Virus record (IMG/VR): IMGVR_UViG_2700989228_000032
Reading direction: 5' to 3' (one strand)
DNA: 5,080 nucleotides
From: a virus
In this document: in pieces, positions 4,152-5,080 of the stretch
Layout: each line of letters starts with the position of its first letter
How positions within the stretch are numbered: position 1 is the stretch's first letter
Notes under the pieces: model-generated
The model's database searches: none
Told to the model about the DNA's origin: nothing
What the model saw: only the letters and a program-made list of their open reading frames with translations
Translations under genes and position numbers: made by a program

Positions 4152-4823
4152 ATGACTACTGATCAATTATCTAATCAGTTATCAAATATTGCTTCTCAGA
4201 ATACGGCGAAAAGTCAGGAATTTGCTCGTGAAGAAATGAAATTCAATTCTGCAGAAGCACAGAAAAATAGAGATTGGCAAGCGCAGCAGTCTGCAACTGC
4301 TCATCAGCGTGAGGTTATCGATCTCCAAAAAGCTGGACTTAACCCGGTTTTGTCTGCCGGAGGCTCTGGCGCACAAACCGGCTCAGGAGCTACTGCATCC
4401 GGTGCGAAAGGTGAAACAGATAATTCTGTTGTGCCTGCTTTGGCTAGTATTATTGTCAATCAACAGAATAATGCGAATCAACAAGCTATTGCTCAGATAC
4501 AAAGAGACGCAACTCTCGAGGCTGCTCGTATTCATCAGTCTACCGCTTTACAAGCCGCTAACATTCAAGCTGATGCTTCACGGTTCGCAAGTATTAATTC
4601 TGCGAATGCTGCACGTTATGCTTCACAAATGAGTTATGCTGGGTCAAAATATGCTTCTCAGATGGGTTACGCTGGTACTAAGTATTCTAGTAACAAGAGT
4701 TCTGGTGCATCTCGATATGCAACTAATGTGAATTCCAAGACTACTAAACGTGGTCAGAATATGAGTCTTATTGGCTCACTTGCTGGTTCTGCTGCTGGAT
4801 TGCTTGGAAAAATTTTTGGGTAG
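4152..4823 (+). CDS. VP2: Minor capsid / DNA pilot protein VP2 (functional analogue of phiX174 H)
   Basis: The frame is that of track ORF 4119-4823. ATG 4152 has GAAAGGA (4136-4142) 9 nt upstream, the same geometry as VP4. The only SD-like sequence for ATG 4119 is 12 nt away and lies inside a hairpin, so I prefer 4152; 4119 is the alternative. AQKNRDWQAQQSATAHQREVIDLQKAGLNPVLS matches the conserved gokushovirus VP2 motif from memory. The middle is Q/A-rich and helical-looking, followed by a Gly-rich stretch. Confidence 0.85.
   Translation: MTTDQLSNQLSNIASQNTAKSQEFAREEMKFNSAEAQKNRDWQAQQSATAHQREVIDLQKAGLNPVLSAGGSGAQTGSGATASGAKGETDNSVVPALASIIVNQQNNANQQAIAQIQRDATLEAARIHQSTALQAANIQADASRFASINSANAARYASQMSYAGSKYASQMGYAGTKYSSNKSSGASRYATNVNSKTTKRGQNMSLIGSLAGSAAGLLGKIFG
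4581..4745 (+). repeat. Five consecutive 33-nt (11-residue) in-frame repeats in the VP2 C-terminal region; the two central copies are a recognisable tandem duplication
   Basis: Units: RFASINSANAA / RYASQMSYAGS / KYASQMGYAGT / KYSSNKSSGAS / RYATNVNSKTT. At the DNA level 4617-4649 (tatgcttcacaaatgagttatgctgggtcaaaa) and 4650-4682 (tatgcttctcagatgggttacgctggtactaag) differ mostly at third codon positions. Confidence 0.85.
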
Positions 4824-4833
4824 CCGATACCCA

Positions 4834-4862
4834 GACCAGTTACGTACTTGATGTAACTGGTC
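4834..4862 (+). other. 10-bp stem-loop gaccagttac-gtacttgat-gtaactggtc, 11 nt after the VP2 stop
   Basis: Exact reverse-complement arms at 4834-4843 and 4853-4862. The 9-nt loop contains ACTTGAT. Confidence 0.8.
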
Positions 4863-4881
4863 GGACTGACACCAAAAAAAC

Positions 4882-4906
4882 AGTTGTACGCGCTACGCGG
4901 ACAACT
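4882..4906 (+). other. Stem-loop agttgt-a-cgcg-cta-cgcg-g-acaact, preceded by A7 (4874-4880)
   Basis: Ten base pairs (6+4) with one A/G internal mismatch and a 3-nt loop. Confidence 0.7.
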
Positions 4907-4922
4907 CAAACTAAAAAAGAGC

Positions 4923-4942
4923 CATGCATCCTAAGATGCATG
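4923..4942 (+). other. Stem-loop catgcatc-ctaa-gatgcatg (8 bp), preceded by A6 (4913-4918)
   Basis: The arms are exact reverse complements. Confidence 0.7.
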
Positions 4943-4958
4943 ATGTACTCCAAAAAAA

Positions 4959-4980
4959 AGAGGACTCGGCAAAGTCCTCT
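4959..4980 (+). other. Stem-loop agaggact-cggcaa-agtcctct (8 bp), preceded by A8 (4952-4959); the same element appears at 7-28
   Basis: The arms are exact reverse complements. It lies 24 nt upstream of the VP4 start codon. On the minus strand it reads as hairpin+T8. Confidence 0.75.
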
Positions 4981-5004
4981 AAGTCTACGAAAGGATATAA
5001 GTAT

Positions 5005-5080
5005 ATGGCATGTTATCATCCATTGCGTGGCGCTTATACTAATAATAAGAAAGCCACCGGAAAAAATCAAGTGAAAGTTT
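5005..5080 (+). CDS. VP4: 5' fragment of the VP4 gene, truncated by the window end (wrap-around duplicate of 53-128, not a second gene)
   Basis: Identical to 53-128 (MACYHPLRGAYTNNKKATGKNQVKV...). Confidence 0.9.
   Translation, partial: MACYHPLRGAYTNNKKATGKNQVKV

Larger units (their letters stand above)
4953..5080. repeat. Second copy of the terminal redundancy (identical to 1-128)
   Basis: Same comparison as for 1-128. Confidence 0.97.

Noticed and set aside
4309-4632. 107-aa alternative-frame ORF embedded in VP2 with a hydrophobic stretch (IILLCLLWLVLLSI), superficially like phiX174 E embedded in D
   Set aside because: It would start at GTG with no SD-like sequence upstream. The hydrophobic stretch is what a frame shift of the VP2 Ala/Ser/Gln-rich codons tends to produce. 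The 2172-2279 ORF is a far better supported membrane-peptide candidate. It is worth revisiting only if the frame is conserved in relatives.

Overview
The window is one complete, circularly permuted genome of a Gokushovirinae-type microvirus (Microviridae, small circular ssDNA phage). Nt 1-128 are repeated exactly at 4953-5080, so the unit length is 4952 nt. All convincing genes are on the + strand, in this order: VP4 rolling-circle replication initiator (53-1075), a 39-aa highly basic ORF8/J-like DNA-binding peptide (1276-1395, below the ORF-track cutoff), a VP5-like 98-aa protein (1392-1688), VP3 internal scaffolding protein (1660/1681-2172), an untracked 35-codon hydrophobic ORF (2172-2279), VP1 major capsid protein (2276-3970) and VP2 pilot/minor capsid protein (4152-4823). 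Family assignments come from remembered motif patterns; no search was run. Five things deserve a second look. (1) The small transmembrane-like ORF sits exactly between the VP3 stop and the VP1 start, behind the best Shine-Dalgarno site I found; it is a candidate membrane or lysis peptide. (2) Consensus TTGACA and TATAAT hexamers are held 25 nt apart by a C9-A-C9 tract, which also lies inside an SD-preceded polyproline mini-ORF. (3) The VP2-VP4 intergenic region contains four hairpins, three of them preceded by A-tracts; read on the gene-less minus strand these look like intrinsic terminators. (4) The VP4 and ORF8-like translation initiation regions are 21/22 identical. (5) VP3 and VP2 contain in-frame tandem repeats. 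I saw no tRNA, rRNA, CRISPR array, integrase or transposase.
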